A DNA stretch of 64,000 nucleotides from Acanthaster planci (GCF_001949145.1 NW_019091355.1:1759107-1823106); one strand, 5' to 3'. Shown: positions 12,701 through 25,700, numbered from the stretch's first letter. A program made the numbers and translations. Notes: a model not told the origin generated them from the letters alone.

Positions 12701-14305
12701 ATACCTACGTCACAAATATCACCGGCGTGAACAACACCGTCCCTCCCACAAGCTGGGTGATATGCGTCACCGATTTTTATCAGTAACCTTCGACGAATAC
12801 CATCTCCAATTTAATACCTCACTAAAATGAAACACGATCTAACCTTCTCCCGTCCCAACTGCGCAAATCCTATTAGTTTGTTCTCGCCCGGCAGTGAATG
12901 GTAGACAGTTGAGGTATTCGGCCAAGGAGACATTTTGCGTCGCGAGAGGCGCTCCTTTTTGATATTCCCACGGAAATGTACTCTACATACTATTAGGCTC
13001 TGTTCACGCTCGATTTCTACGGTACAATAGAAACTAAACTTTGATAGGCAACAATGGATATTCCGTTAAACTTTGTTATTTATGACAAAGTGAGTTCAGA
13101 TCTACCGTGTAGTTCCAGGCCCCAGCATTGTATCACTAAGAAAAGGGGAAACTTTGAGATTCTCACTGTCACTAATAGAAAGTGGCATCAGGTGTTTCTT
13201 TGTTACTAACAGTGTAATCGATTAACAGCCAGTGTTTACAATTTCTGACAGGCTGGTTACTCAGCTTGCTCTGTTTGCTTGCTCATGGTTACACTGTGAT
13301 TGACTAAACAGCCACGTTTCGGGGTGAAGGCGCTGCAGGAATTTCCCGCGGAAAACCTGACAATCTTCGGTTCTTTACTGATCGGGCACTCGACTGCTCG
13401 GATGATGAACTCGGATACCGCTGGGACCGGAAAAAGTATTTTGACACACTGCCTCTGTTTTTGCGGTTTATGGATCTTATATCAGACTTACAAGTTACAT
13501 GTACATGTATAGAATATATGTCTTATCTCGGTGTCAAATCTTTTGATTCGAAACAAGATCTTGCAGTACACCTTGAATGAACCAAGGTCAAAGGTAAGAC
13601 AACATGAGAAACTTCCCCGATCACGGTACAGGGTTCAACTGAAATTCGACGATGAAAAAGAAACCTGGCAGATCTTATGGGGGAACACATTCAGAGTGGA
13701 CACGAGGAAGGTGCGTTTCATTTTAACCGTCTGTCACAAAATCGCAAATAATGAACTTAGTTCTTAAGTTAGGTTTGCGTATAGAGTATTACACTAAGTT
13801 GATATTGTCGCACCACATACTTAAACATAGATATTACTCTCAACGCCTATTACACTTTGCTAAATGCAATGAAGTATTACACTGTGCAGATAAGGTGCAA
13901 GTAATGCTTTGAAAGCAACTGCATGTTCGATTTTTAGCTTAGTTTTAGCTTATTTCCAAACACAAATTACGATATTTGAAAAGTCATGATGCACAGTTTA
14001 TTTCCTAAATTTCCATCGAGAAAATCGTCAGCATAATTAGGCCTATAAACAAAGAAGTACATAGAACAAAAATATGCACATTTATGACAGCGGATTCACA
14101 GGTTTGTTCCTGGTTGGGTGTATGATTCCTCGTAATGTTTGTTATTGTTTGCGGTGGTGGTGTGACCGATCTTGTACAAGTTGTAGGTCATCTGCGTCAG
14201 TGGTAGTCTCCGTTCTTTATTTGAGATGACGCAGTGTCGCTACCACATCAGACATCCGTTGGTGTCGCTCTAAAGCACCGCCAACAACTCAAAGCCAACC
14301 CATGC

Positions 14306-14338
14306 CCAAATTTGGAAACCCCGGCGCGCATATATTAC
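14306..14338 (+). promoter_or_regulatory. Candidate muscle promoter of the myozenin-like gene: perfect CArG box plus TATA-like element
   Basis: CCAAATTTGG at 14306-14315 fits CC(A/T)6GG; CATATATTA follows at about 14329-14337; a strong donor AAG|GTAAGT lies at 14686/14687. Confidence 0.45.
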
Positions 14339-14359
14339 TTAGCACCACCCAGAGCTCAC

Positions 14360-14686
14360 CCGCTTGGTTGAACATACCCTGCATTCTGCTGCATACAACA
14401 CCGACCAACCAAACTGCTGTCAAGATAGGACCAGACAGTTGAAGAGAAGTGCAGTGATAATCGTGGTGGCAAGAAACATTGGGGACCCGTCGGGGAGCCG
14501 TGGTCGAGAGGGTCTTCAAGGTTCGCCATTAGTCTTCGTCCGGCTACGACCGGACCAAGGTCCAGGGGTCAGATCACAATTTAAAGACAGGAATTTGATG
14601 AAAATAAGAGAGTGGATCTCATCATCTCTCCAAGAAAACGGTATACTATTCGGACAATAACCCCTACCAGTACCACGAAGACAAAG
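14360..14686 (+). other. Putative non-coding first (5'UTR) exon of the myozenin-like gene; start approximate
   Basis: GC-richer block downstream of CArG/TATA ending in ACAAAG|gtaagt; no ATG-initiated frame stays open across the join to the 18615 acceptor. Confidence 0.4.
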
Positions 14687-17600
14687 GTAAGTTAATTGCA
14701 TTAGGCCTGATGTTAATATTTAGTCTTCTTTGATCAAAGGGGCGACACCTCCGTATAAATGTACAAAGTATGGTTCGCAAAGTCTACAGCCTGTCAGAGA
14801 TCAAAACAGAGTTCCAAACCGCCACGTCTGTCGCGGATACTTTCGTATTCCCCGATGAACGAATACAATACGATGATAATTGATATGATTATGGAGCATA
14901 TAAGCAGAAAGAAGAACGAATGCACTTTACAGGGAACACGAAATTGGTTATTAAGAGATGATTGCTCAAATAACCTCAGACAATTTAATGACATAAATCA
15001 CACCACGAGTGAACTGAGGTACTTCTCACCTCTCAAATGGAACAAAAAAAGTAAGCTATTATTAAAACAATTAATTATTAGTGCTAATCCAATCTTAATA
15101 ATTTAAAGACGAGGTAAAACCATTCTGAAAACGAATCGTGCGTGCCGACCACTGTGTTATTATAAATGCCATTGATGGTTATTATAAACACAACCCTGCA
15201 GTGTGTGCAACCAATGAAAGAATCCGTCTCACGGCTACATTTGCGACAAAATGATGTGATGTATCGAAATTGTTGTGTGAAATAGTTTGAATGTTTGTGT
15301 GGTGGAAGATGGTGATGGTTTGTGCTTGGAGCTATGGTGGTATGTGTGACAAATTTAAAGGCGAATGGTGGTCAAATTTTGTGCTGTATTCCTAAACCTA
15401 GCAAGGAAAATTTGCTCATGCGAAATCAGCAAGCATCACGCGACCCTGTTTGCCCCACTTTATTATTACAAATCCAGGTGGCATACACAGTGTACTCCAG
15501 TAACGTGTGCAGGCACGGAGAAACACTCTACCGTCTCGAGGAAAGGAAACGAAAACTAATTTTCCCTGAAGACCATGCTCCATTTACCACATTAGAGTCT
15601 GGGGCTCATATGCAAGTGACAGCCGGCAATATCCAATTGCGTGTAAAACGTATACTATTACTAAGCCGGTACAGCAGCCGCGCGGGTGATGCGGTCTCTC
15701 TTCTTCGATTATGAAAACAAGGGCATGGAAAGTGCGTTCATCGCCTCGCACTGCCAGACTGTTAAATTCAGAATAATATTAATTTCAGAAAGGCCCCCAT
15801 GTGGTGTCTTCACGCGAGGGGTATACAGTTTCCCAAGGCTGTGTATGTCTTATGTCAACTTTATATACAAATCACCGAGCTATTATATGCGGGACATGTT
15901 CTAATAACAGGTGTGATGGGTGTGATATTCATATTGGCCTACAGACGAGTTTTGTGACACTGATTTGGTTCCATCATTAAACGCAGGAAGCTCGTGTTGT
16001 TAATGTAGAAAATTAAAGCGCAAAACAACTACACCCAACATACATTTCCATTTTTATCTTTGACATGGAATAGGCCTAGATTTTTTTCAGACACAGCTCC
16101 GCAAAACAAAACTTGATTCACGCAATAAATTACCGGGTCTGTACTTGTTCTTCCTTTGTTTCGCTTTTGCCCTGACCAATTAATCGTCATTGCAACATAA
16201 ATATCAATGTTTCATCCTCAAAAGCGCATGGCCAATAAAACATCCACTGCATAACAGGCGACGACATTACACACTAAGACATAACACCGGCACTTTGCCG
16301 ATTAGTCCTTTCTTTTCAGTTGACTGCAGACAGTGTGAATAATGAATATTCTGAGTCATGCCTTTATACTTTTAACAACAAAGAACACCACCGTACAACT
16401 ACGGGTTTTCCTGATTATTCGTCACCAAGAAGGCATGTGACCTTACAAATCCAAGGTTAAGGCGGCGGTTTTTCCAGAGGTGAAGGCTTAAATGTTAAGA
16501 GGACCCAGGGGTGGGTCGTTGTCCGACAGTGTTAGAGACTTGTTGGTTGTAGTGGTCTGTGGTATGTGACAGAGCCTGAAGCTAAACTGATTTCATTCGC
16601 TCATAATTGGATATGGGTGAAAGTTGCTGTCTCGCTTGGTGTAGACATGTGTTTGAAAAACGCAAAGCAGTCTCTTCCTGGACAACTGAGAAATTTTTTG
16701 TGATGAACTTTGTTGGGTTGATGTCACGTTGCTTTCTGAATTGAACTGCTCGTTCGCTGATTTTCTCTCTGCATAACGTCAAACCTCATATGTTATTTAC
16801 ATCTTTAAGGGCATATAATCTATAACGACCCAACAAAGTACTTTTTGAGACGGCAGGGCGTCGAGGTTCCCAAACTACAAAAGGATTTTCACGTTCTGAA
16901 CTTTCGGGAGTTCTTCAGGACTTGCAAAATATACTCGTACGCTCTGGAACACACTCAAAAAGGTTGTGGGAATTTTGAAATGAAATATTCAGAAGTTCTT
17001 CCCGCGCTGGAATCATACAAAGTAACATAACGTACACTACAACAACCCATCAACGGAGTATCAGAAATGTACTCCCTTTAACTGTAACCGTTTAAAAGGA
17101 AGTATGGAAAGAAAGGTGTTTTACCGGAATGAGATCAAATTTAGTAACGTTCGAAATGTCACTGAACTCATTCGTATGACAAGTTACAAATGCCACTTCC
17201 TACGATTACATTACCATGTGATTCCTGGGAAATTGTGAGTAAACAAAGTCTCACCTCGCCCACAGTTCTAAGGAGTTTCCTGTCAAAGTTCTAAACATTA
17301 CTAGAAAGATTTTAGTTTTTAAAGGTGACGAAGAGTAAAGAATTTCACCTTTGATCCGAGTGGCTGTTTATCAACCGGCCTCGACAGGAAGTGCCGCAAT
17401 GCATATACGAAAAGGAAATTGTATTCACATGCATACTGCCACAGAAGCAAATGATCACTCATGTTACTGTTCTTCAGTCTTTCATTCATCTGTGATGCTC
17501 AAAACAAAACAAGGACACATTTTCACAAAGCCTCAATTTTTACCCGTCCCCATCTGATCCTGGGAAAGACTTAAATATCAAAGAGATTCAAGGACTGAAT

Positions 17601-17885
17601 AACAGACATTAATGTTAGTACTGCAGAAATAGCTGTACGTAATCGCTGTGTGGAGAATTCCGTTGCAAAGTAACGCTCCTGCTGTTACGGTATTTTGAAA
17701 ATGGAAGATAATTACAAACTTGGCCAGCGAGGGTTGAAGAACCTGGTAGGTCACAAATTACTCCTCAGTCGTCAAATGCCTGCCTGAAATTGATTTACAC
17801 AAACATATGATTATGAGGTATGGCTCAGTACGACTTTTGTACTTGGAACAGAGAGAAACAATGCGCAAACGGGCTCGATTAAAAC

Positions 17886-18043
17886 AATAGGGGCGATTCA
17901 CAATAGCAACGCGTTGGCCAATCACAGCGCGCGAAATTTGTCGACCCTTTCCAAACGCGCATTGGGTCGACAAATTTCGCGCATTATGATTGGTCAACGC
18001 ATTGCAATTTCTTGATGGCGCACTATTGTGAAACGCCCGTATT
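17886..18043. mobile_element. Palindromic MITE-like element, family A, inverted copy with a small deletion
   Basis: Reverse-complement match to 5762-5936; explains the similar spurious ORFs 5748..5951 and 17758..17997. Confidence 0.85.
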
Positions 18044-18153
18044 GAAGGGCCGGCTGCTCGTTCAATTATACCATAGAGCTACAACCCACCAGCAAGAAAT
18101 GAGACCGAGGGGTACCCCCCAACGTGTCCAATCCCGATACACATTCCAGACTA

Positions 18154-18154
18154 N
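18154..18154. other. Single ambiguous base (N); possible assembly join
   Basis: 'ctangattcc' in the sequence. Confidence 0.95.
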
Positions 18155-18717
18155 GATTCCTACGAGACAATGACCAACACAAAGCAGGGGGGGTTCTCTC
18201 CGTCTCATACCTTGCTGCATATGCGTTCGATGCATGACTCATCGCCGGATCTGGCCCCTGCCAAGGGAGACAGAAGCACTGATAAGTTCTGTGCGTAGGT
18301 TAAAAGTCAGTGATAATGTTTCGGTTGGGAGGAGGTTACTAGACCCAAGGGATAGGGGCCGGCGAAACGGATAATCTGTGGCTTGATAGAAATAATAGCG
18401 GCATGAGTAAAACACCAATGTTGGAAGTGGTGGTAATGGTTTTAAAAGAATGTTTTGAAAGACAAGACACAGTGACCACATAAAGAAGAGATAAAGAAAA
18501 AAGTGTGTAGGATTGGACGATTATCCTCATTTATATGGGTGGTGAACTCCAGCGTCCGTTTTCCAAACAGCGATGCACTTTTGCAAGTGATATTTGTTTC
18601 GTATTTTGCTGCAGGTGACAATGGAACAGTGCTGACAACACCTGCTCCGCCTTTCACAACAGGCCAAGATTAATTGAATCACACGTATCACTCCGGGCCA
18701 CCTGATGTCCGAGCTGT

Positions 18718-19719
18718 ATGTGGCCCCAGTACGCACAAGAGTACCACCCGGTAGAGCTACACGAGCTTACCTTGGAAGAACTGACGGGAACCCGCCCCAC
18801 CCACAGGGGCACGTTGATGTACCTTAAGCAGAAGGGTATACCAGAAGACACAATACAGTTCAGAGACACCGGACCACAAAGGGGACACCTGAAGAAATTG
18901 GTCAAGGCCATCGAGCACGACTTTTACTCAGGTCCTGTGGCCAGACACCCAGAGGTTCAGCCACCGCTTGGGAGAGGGATACGATTGAGGGCCAGGGACG
19001 TTGGAGGACCGTCTCAGAGTCGAGGGTACAAGCCGAGTAGTAGGTCGATGGCGAGTCGCGAGCTGATGACAGGGAGGAGGGATGGTCGAGCGGCGGCGCT
19101 CTTCCAGCGGATGAAAGACAGGTCAGATCAATATGTTGTCGATGAGTCCACCGCGCCAGGACATTACCAACAGGGAAGTCCGTACAGCGAAGATCACGGG
19201 CAGAAGCTCTGGCAAAAGAGCCCATGGGAGGCAGCCGCTGAGGATCCTTTAGGTCTCCCAGATAGGGCCTTTGAGCAGCCTATACCAAAGCCCAAACCAA
19301 AGCCCAAACTACAGAATCCAGCCCCAGTGCAGAGACGAGGGCCACCTGGATACAGTCAGGTTGATTCTATCCGCCAGCACCAGCAAGCCCCTCGTCAGCC
19401 AGGAAGCAAGCCTGTCAAGATCGGCTGCACGTGGAAGTCAGAGGGTAACACCCTGAGCAAAATGAGGTTCCACCCTGGAGTCCGGCCCTACGAAATGAAT
19501 TACAACCGGACTGCTCGGGGATGGAGCCAGGGTAACTTACAAGCCGACGACTACGAAGACGGTGAAAGATACAACCCGCGCCCCACATCCTGGAGCCACG
19601 AGGATGGATATTCTCCCCAGTACGGCCGTCAGAAGTCTGCTGAGGTTGCTCGGTCGAGACAGGTGGTGCAAAACGTAGTGGGACCGCGATCCTGGGCAGG
19701 CGAGAGCGATGACTTATAA
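18718..19719 (+). CDS. MYOZ: Calsarcin/myozenin (FATZ)-like protein, 333 aa, single coding exon
   Basis: Long GC-richer ORF with an in-frame upstream stop (TGA 18703); LTLEEL, GRAAALFQRMKDRSDQYVVDE, KSPWEAA, NYNRTARGW, C-terminal ESDDL matching the E[ST][DE][DE]L motif of the FATZ/myotilin families; acceptor ttttgctgcag| at 18614/18615; AATAAA at 19875 and 20208. The ORF is solid; MYOZ orthology versus a lineage-specific duplicate is unresolved. Confidence 0.75.
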   Translation: MWPQYAQEYHPVELHELTLEELTGTRPTHRGTLMYLKQKGIPEDTIQFRDTGPQRGHLKKLVKAIEHDFYSGPVARHPEVQPPLGRGIRLRARDVGGPSQSRGYKPSSRSMASRELMTGRRDGRAAALFQRMKDRSDQYVVDESTAPGHYQQGSPYSEDHGQKLWQKSPWEAAAEDPLGLPDRAFEQPIPKPKPKPKLQNPAPVQRRGPPGYSQVDSIRQHQQAPRQPGSKPVKIGCTWKSEGNTLSKMRFHPGVRPYEMNYNRTARGWSQGNLQADDYEDGERYNPRPTSWSHEDGYSPQYGRQKSAEVARSRQVVQNVVGPRSWAGESDDL

Positions 19720-22700
19720 CACTCTTACCGTTTAGAAGTCCAATCGATTTAAACCTCTTTTTATCGCCACTGTTATGATCTTTGTGACGTCACTTTTTGG
19801 GGGGGGATTACTATCTTTTGACTGTAGCAATTTTTTTGCATTGTGGATCTACACCTTCGGAGTTTACGTGCGAAAATAAACAGACCCTAACAACTAACTG
19901 GCAACTCGGATGGAGCATTACAAAAATGCCACGGAGACATGAACTGCTTTTCATTCAAGATGGTATCCAGTCATGAATTACTGAATTGAAGAGACTCTCA
20001 TCTGAACTACTCTTTTGTTTTTATGCTAACAACCACATCAATATTATACTACGAACGATTTACATGTATTTTTAGTTACATCTGGCGTTTTACAATGCTT
20101 TGACCTTCACTCTGTTGGATGTAAAAGAAACATAAACTAGAAACCTGATGTCGCAAAGGTACGTTCCTTAAGAAAACACTCACTATCTATCACCAAGATA
20201 TTGCCAAAATAAATGGGTAATGACTGTATGGAATTTCGATTATCATCAAGTTTCGCGGCATGCTTATCGATACTTCAGTTTCGGTGTAAGTGTTTGTAGC
20301 TTAACAAAAGGTAAAAATTTCCTTTCCTTTTTATATGGAAATACACGTACATCTAAAGTTAAAAGTGAAGGCTATTTATTTTTTTCACAAGTTCTTTTTT
20401 TCCCTTGCTTTCAAAAGAAAACATTAGAGAAAAATGAAACCATGGGCCAGAAACTGGTGCGATTAATGCCCTTATTGGAAAAAAAAAAGTTCAAAGACAG
20501 TAACAAACTGCTTTTCACCGGACTGTACGAGAAAAGGTTAACCTTGAGTTGGACATGCCGTTGGCTTTTTAGACCTGCCAATAAACCCTGTTTCTTTTTA
20601 ATGTGTAACTGCAGTTCAGTTGAGAAGAAAAAATAGGCGGTAGAGTTATTGGACGGGTTGTTTGAAAACACAAAGTATGGCTTAAGTTTTCAAAGATGAG
20701 CGCTGACAGATACGCGGACAGAGATGTGAAAGTACGCTCTGCAAGACTCAGTTGAAAAGACTGAAATAAATGGATGAGAGGTGAACGGAACTAGCCTGAT
20801 TCTAACTTCTCAGATGGCGAGGTGATTCACTAGAAAAAAATGAAATCAACGGATGCCAGCAGTGTAGGGTGAAATTTGCATTCATGTCGAAAGTTTTTGT
20901 GGGAATCGGGATATTTAAGTCCCACACATGGGCACACAGAGAAGGGCGAGGGAAGTGTGACAGAAAAGCATTTCTTATGAAAGCATCTGAATATGTGGTA
21001 AAGTTGACTTGGAAGACTTCCAACATGCATCAAACACTAGGTCGAAAGGCTGTAATAACATGACCAGCACATTATGGTTGAGGAAGCTCTGTTTCTCTCA
21101 AACAAGCCTTGATTTTCAGAAACAAAGGGAATGCAGACGAGGAGTTAGATAAAGTTCAGGGGGTAAAAGGTCACAGCCCACTTTCACAATGATTTCCACC
21201 TGTGCTCTTCTTTTGAACAGATACGTGGTGACGAAGGAATTGAAGTGTACTACCTTAGCAGTACTTAGAATTTAAATGAGTTGTTAGACTAAAATTTTAA
21301 CTAATTAGATTTGTACACAGTATTTAATCAAACTAACAAACCTGTGTTTGCAGTCAATACGAGTATGGTGTCTGTAAAACTCGTTCTTGATGTAGAGTTC
21401 TCAACTTTTCATCACTCAAGCTTTGTACCAAGAATATGCCAAACTTCCATTCTTAATAAAGATGCAGTGACAAGGATCAACAAACAAAAGTTATTTCTAC
21501 TTTCCTGTAGGCCGACTGTATAACGATGCTTACTCAATTACTTACTCTGTTGACAGTTGAAATAAACATGCTTATCGAAAGTATTGGCTTTTAATAGGGG
21601 TGTTGCTTTGCGTTTTGAAAACTGACATAATTTTCATCTGTAAATCGCGGAACTGCCTGAGCCGACACCAACAAAGTCAACTCGTACCCTCGTTAGGGTA
21701 TACGAGTTGGCAAGGCACGAGGTGACTGGGAAATTGACACACTCTCCCCAAGTTGAAATGAGTCCCCAATCTACCACTTATAATCTCTCTCGGTTACAGT
21801 TTAATATGAGTTTCTACGCAGTCAATATTGCTTCAATTGACACGATTCAATCTCGAGGCACTACGGCTATCGGTACAGGTAACGCTGCACCTACGGCATG
21901 ACAACACGTGAATTGTAAACTTGGGGACCCTGTTCCTATAATAGAAGGGAGAGCTACATTTTAACTTTTGAATTCACCTTGGTAGATGACTGTGACGTCA
22001 TATTCAATAACTGTATGGTTGATGTTGTCAAAATAGGGCATGGGTTTGAGTTTTGAGGGAAATTATGAGGGGTACTGTGAGTGTTGTACGAAACATGGTG
22101 GATTCAAATTTGCATGGCTAGTTTTTCGATACGAAAGTCACATTTTCTCACAATTTACAATTTAAAATCTCAAAAAAATAGGGTCAGCACAATAAGAGGG
22201 TGTTGCCTTTGTTTTTTTCGGGGACTTACCAGTTTTGCAAGACAAAAAACTCGGGGGTCCACAAGTGTGCAATCCCCAACAACACTGACCATTAAGCAAC
22301 TACAACGTTAGTTTGTGGCCTACCTACCGTTTTGACGAAGCAACATTTTCCTTCGATAAGTGCTGGTCAAAATGATAGTCTGCTAGATCCTCAGCTTGGT
22401 TCCACATCAGACGAAGGGCATCATTAATTAGTCCGCCATTCCGTTTCGTCCTCCGAACAAAGTCGTCCGAGGACAACTAGCAACATAAATCCTCTGAAAG
22501 TGCATGGGCCCAGAAAACACCCTCGAATACAAATGTCTCCACCGGAGTCCATAGTGCAGTATGTACTTTTCCTCGAGTGAAGAACAATTTGTTGTTCCCT
22601 TCGTAGCTAACAGATACAAGAAGGTGCAAACGAGTAGAGCCTTTCTTCTTTGAAAACCACAGGTGTGCCTAAGATTCAGCATGATCGATACTGGTCTCTT

Positions 22701-25700
22701 TCATGTATTTCACACAGCGAAAAAATGGCCTCGCGTCATTATCTGTGTGGCTACTGCGACTTTGGCTTACACGTTGACGTCTGCTGTAACGGTACATATA
22801 CATTATCCATAGCCGTAGACGTCCTATTTCAGACAACCACTTTTCGGTCGCACAAGACTGCAACATGCAGCGCAGCAGTATCCCATAATGCTTTTCATCA
22901 ACTTACTTGTACTGTCATTGGTTGTAAGTTTGTTCTTAACCAATGAAAAGCCGTTGCCATAGTGCACAGGTGTTAACGCATTCTTCAGCGGTATTATGTG
23001 CCAATTGTGTGTGTCGAGCTCTGAGACAAGGCGTTGCAGTGGGTGGACAAACATTAAGATGAACGAACAGGTGCCGGTTTTTATTTTCTTGAGATGAATC
23101 CAGTGGTTTTACCCAAAGGTGTGTCAGTGCAAGTGGATTTTAACTGGCGTTATAGGCCTGCTTCAATCTTGACACAATTTTCCTCGTGGTGTATCTGGTC
23201 GACGGATTTGGTAGCGCAAAAAGAAGACAAAAACCCAATCCACTGTTAAAAAAAAACCCAGACTCTGGTACGAACCTAAGCAGAACAAGCAATCGAATTT
23301 AGAGTCAGATGGTGGACTCCCTACTATATGGATATGGACTTGTGACATCCAAACTGGGCTAGCCTTTACCACTTTACCAACGATCATGAACAAGCAGCAA
23401 TTTGCACGGGGGACAAGGGGGCCTCAATGACATCAAATTTTACAAACAAAACCCTATCTTATCCCTATTTTGAGCGGAAACGGGGATACGAGATTCTGGC
23501 AGGGGGTCGTATCCCACAGTGTGTCCCAGGGCAGTGCCTGCCGGTACTACCTCCCTGAATAGCTCTTATTAATACCCCCCCCCATCTTGACAGGAAAATC
23601 AATACGAATGGAATTTTAGCAAAAGACTGGGTAAACTCAGACGCCAACAAGAATCAGTCAACTCACTCCCGTGGATGTCAGTGTTGTTTCCAATCTTTAA
23701 TGCAGTTCGCTATATCGGTATGGTGTCTCTGCCCAGACCAAAGTTACTAATGACAGAAATCTTAACATTCCGAATAAACTCAAAGTCGCAGGCATTAAAC
23801 CTAACATCGATGATTAGTACGCCTTTGCTGATGATATAAACTGAATCTAGTCCAACTTAAAGCAATGAATGCCTTGCATGTTAAATATTTTTGTCGTCTT
23901 TTCCTGCTTGTTTCTACAACGGATATGCTCATAAGCTGGCTACTTTGCAAATACGCACAGAACGATATTAATTAATATTTTTGACGCATACAACATACAA
24001 GCGCTGTGAAAAAAGATGCACTTAACATCAAAAATGTACTAGGTGCATTATAAATTGAGGCGTGGTGAAATCAAACGTGGTTTGGGCTGTTGGCAAAATT
24101 CCTATAAAAAAGCTACCGGTATCGCTTTATTAAGAACTTCCGAAGTCAATTTTATGGATTTGGGGGGAAAAGGGACGATTCTAATCACTAAAGTTTTTAC
24201 GCAGAATACGCAACAGAAAAAGGTACAAATTTATCTCTGTCATAATGGACGTTAGTAAACTAATTATCACCGTACCCTGGTAGCCTTAGTGGAAATACAA
24301 AAATGTTACAGTTCAGATCCGCCACTAAATTATGAATATGCTACTTCAAATAGCTTTCCTACTTTTTGAGGCATGTGAAATGCTTACTATATCATGCATT
24401 AAAATAATGATTAACGACTTTTATAATAAACTCATGAATACTCGATAGCTCATGAATAATTCAACACCTTTTGGAAACGTACTGTACAAAATGTGTTATA
24501 AATTTCAATATTTCAAAACAGCTGATTTCATATCAACCAACAGAGAACTCCTCTAGTATGTACCCAACACTATACGGAAATCTAGTTTGTTTTCATCTCC
24601 ATAGCATGAGGAACATTATCGGCATTACCTGAAATATGTATTACTAATAGCCAATTTCGCTAAGGCCGAAACATACGTAAAGACTAATAAATATGACTAG
24701 CTGTATATTAGCTTCGAACTGCAAGCTGCAATAGCAATTAATTAATATTCAAACATACACAACAAATAAACTTTCTCTGACAAAATCGAAAACTTTAGAA
24801 TCTGCACACTTCTATAACACAAACCTACGTTTTACACGCAATAAACCATCACATTTTCATTGGGTGAAAAGCGTAAGTGCATGGGTGAAGCTTATTTTAT
24901 TTCCTACTAAGTGCAGGTATGTTATAATGTTACACATCACAGTTTATATTAAATCCCTTTAAAAACGGAGAATGAAACCTTTTCCGGGGAGAACGGTTTC
25001 GTTTTCGACAACACATAGTTTCTAATAAGATAACACGGTTCTGAAGCTATTTTGCAAATGTAGTAATCTATCATTTCTTAAATTCTGTTTTGTACTAGAG
25101 TAATTAAAGCTTCAATACCAAATTTCAAATTGATGGTGTTTAATATCAAATTTGATTCGCTATATTCTAAGTTCCAAGAATATTTAAACAATACTCTCAG
25201 TTGAATACTTATTTAGTGAATTACGGCATTTCTTCCAGATAAATTGCCACAAAAATACTAGCACAAAATATTCATCAAGAACGTTTGGACTCAATAAAAA
25301 AAAACCTATTGACACAACTCAATCCCACAACTTACTTTTAATCTACAGCCCTAACAAATATTACACATAAATATGTACACAGGTTTTCATTTGCTTAAAA
25401 AGAAATGGATAACATGATCCTGCCAACAACAAAAAAGGAAACAAAATGATACAAACAGCATACTAGAACATATGGCAGCAAAAACTTTACACAGTCTATC
25501 GAACGCAATGCATCTCCAACAATCTGTCCTTAACATTAGCGCCTTTATTATTTTCCAGCTGAAACTTGCACTGTCGAGGTAATGTATCAATTCTTCAAGC
25601 CGTCTGAAAACCTCATGGCTAGGCTGTAATCTATCTTTAGAAATAGCGATACAAATCAGTCATCAGCTCTATATGTTTAACTTCAATAGAGACGCTGTAA

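Noticed and set aside
18615..19719. Gene 2 as an alternative coding terminal exon of gene 1
   Set aside because: An in-frame TGA at 18703 lies between the 18615 acceptor and the ATG, so splicing from gene 1 cannot make a fusion protein.
20300..25300. Hidden gene between gene 2 and the SORBS 3' end
   Set aside because: Only short ORFs with no coherent splice chain or motifs; looks like intergenic DNA with decayed repeats.
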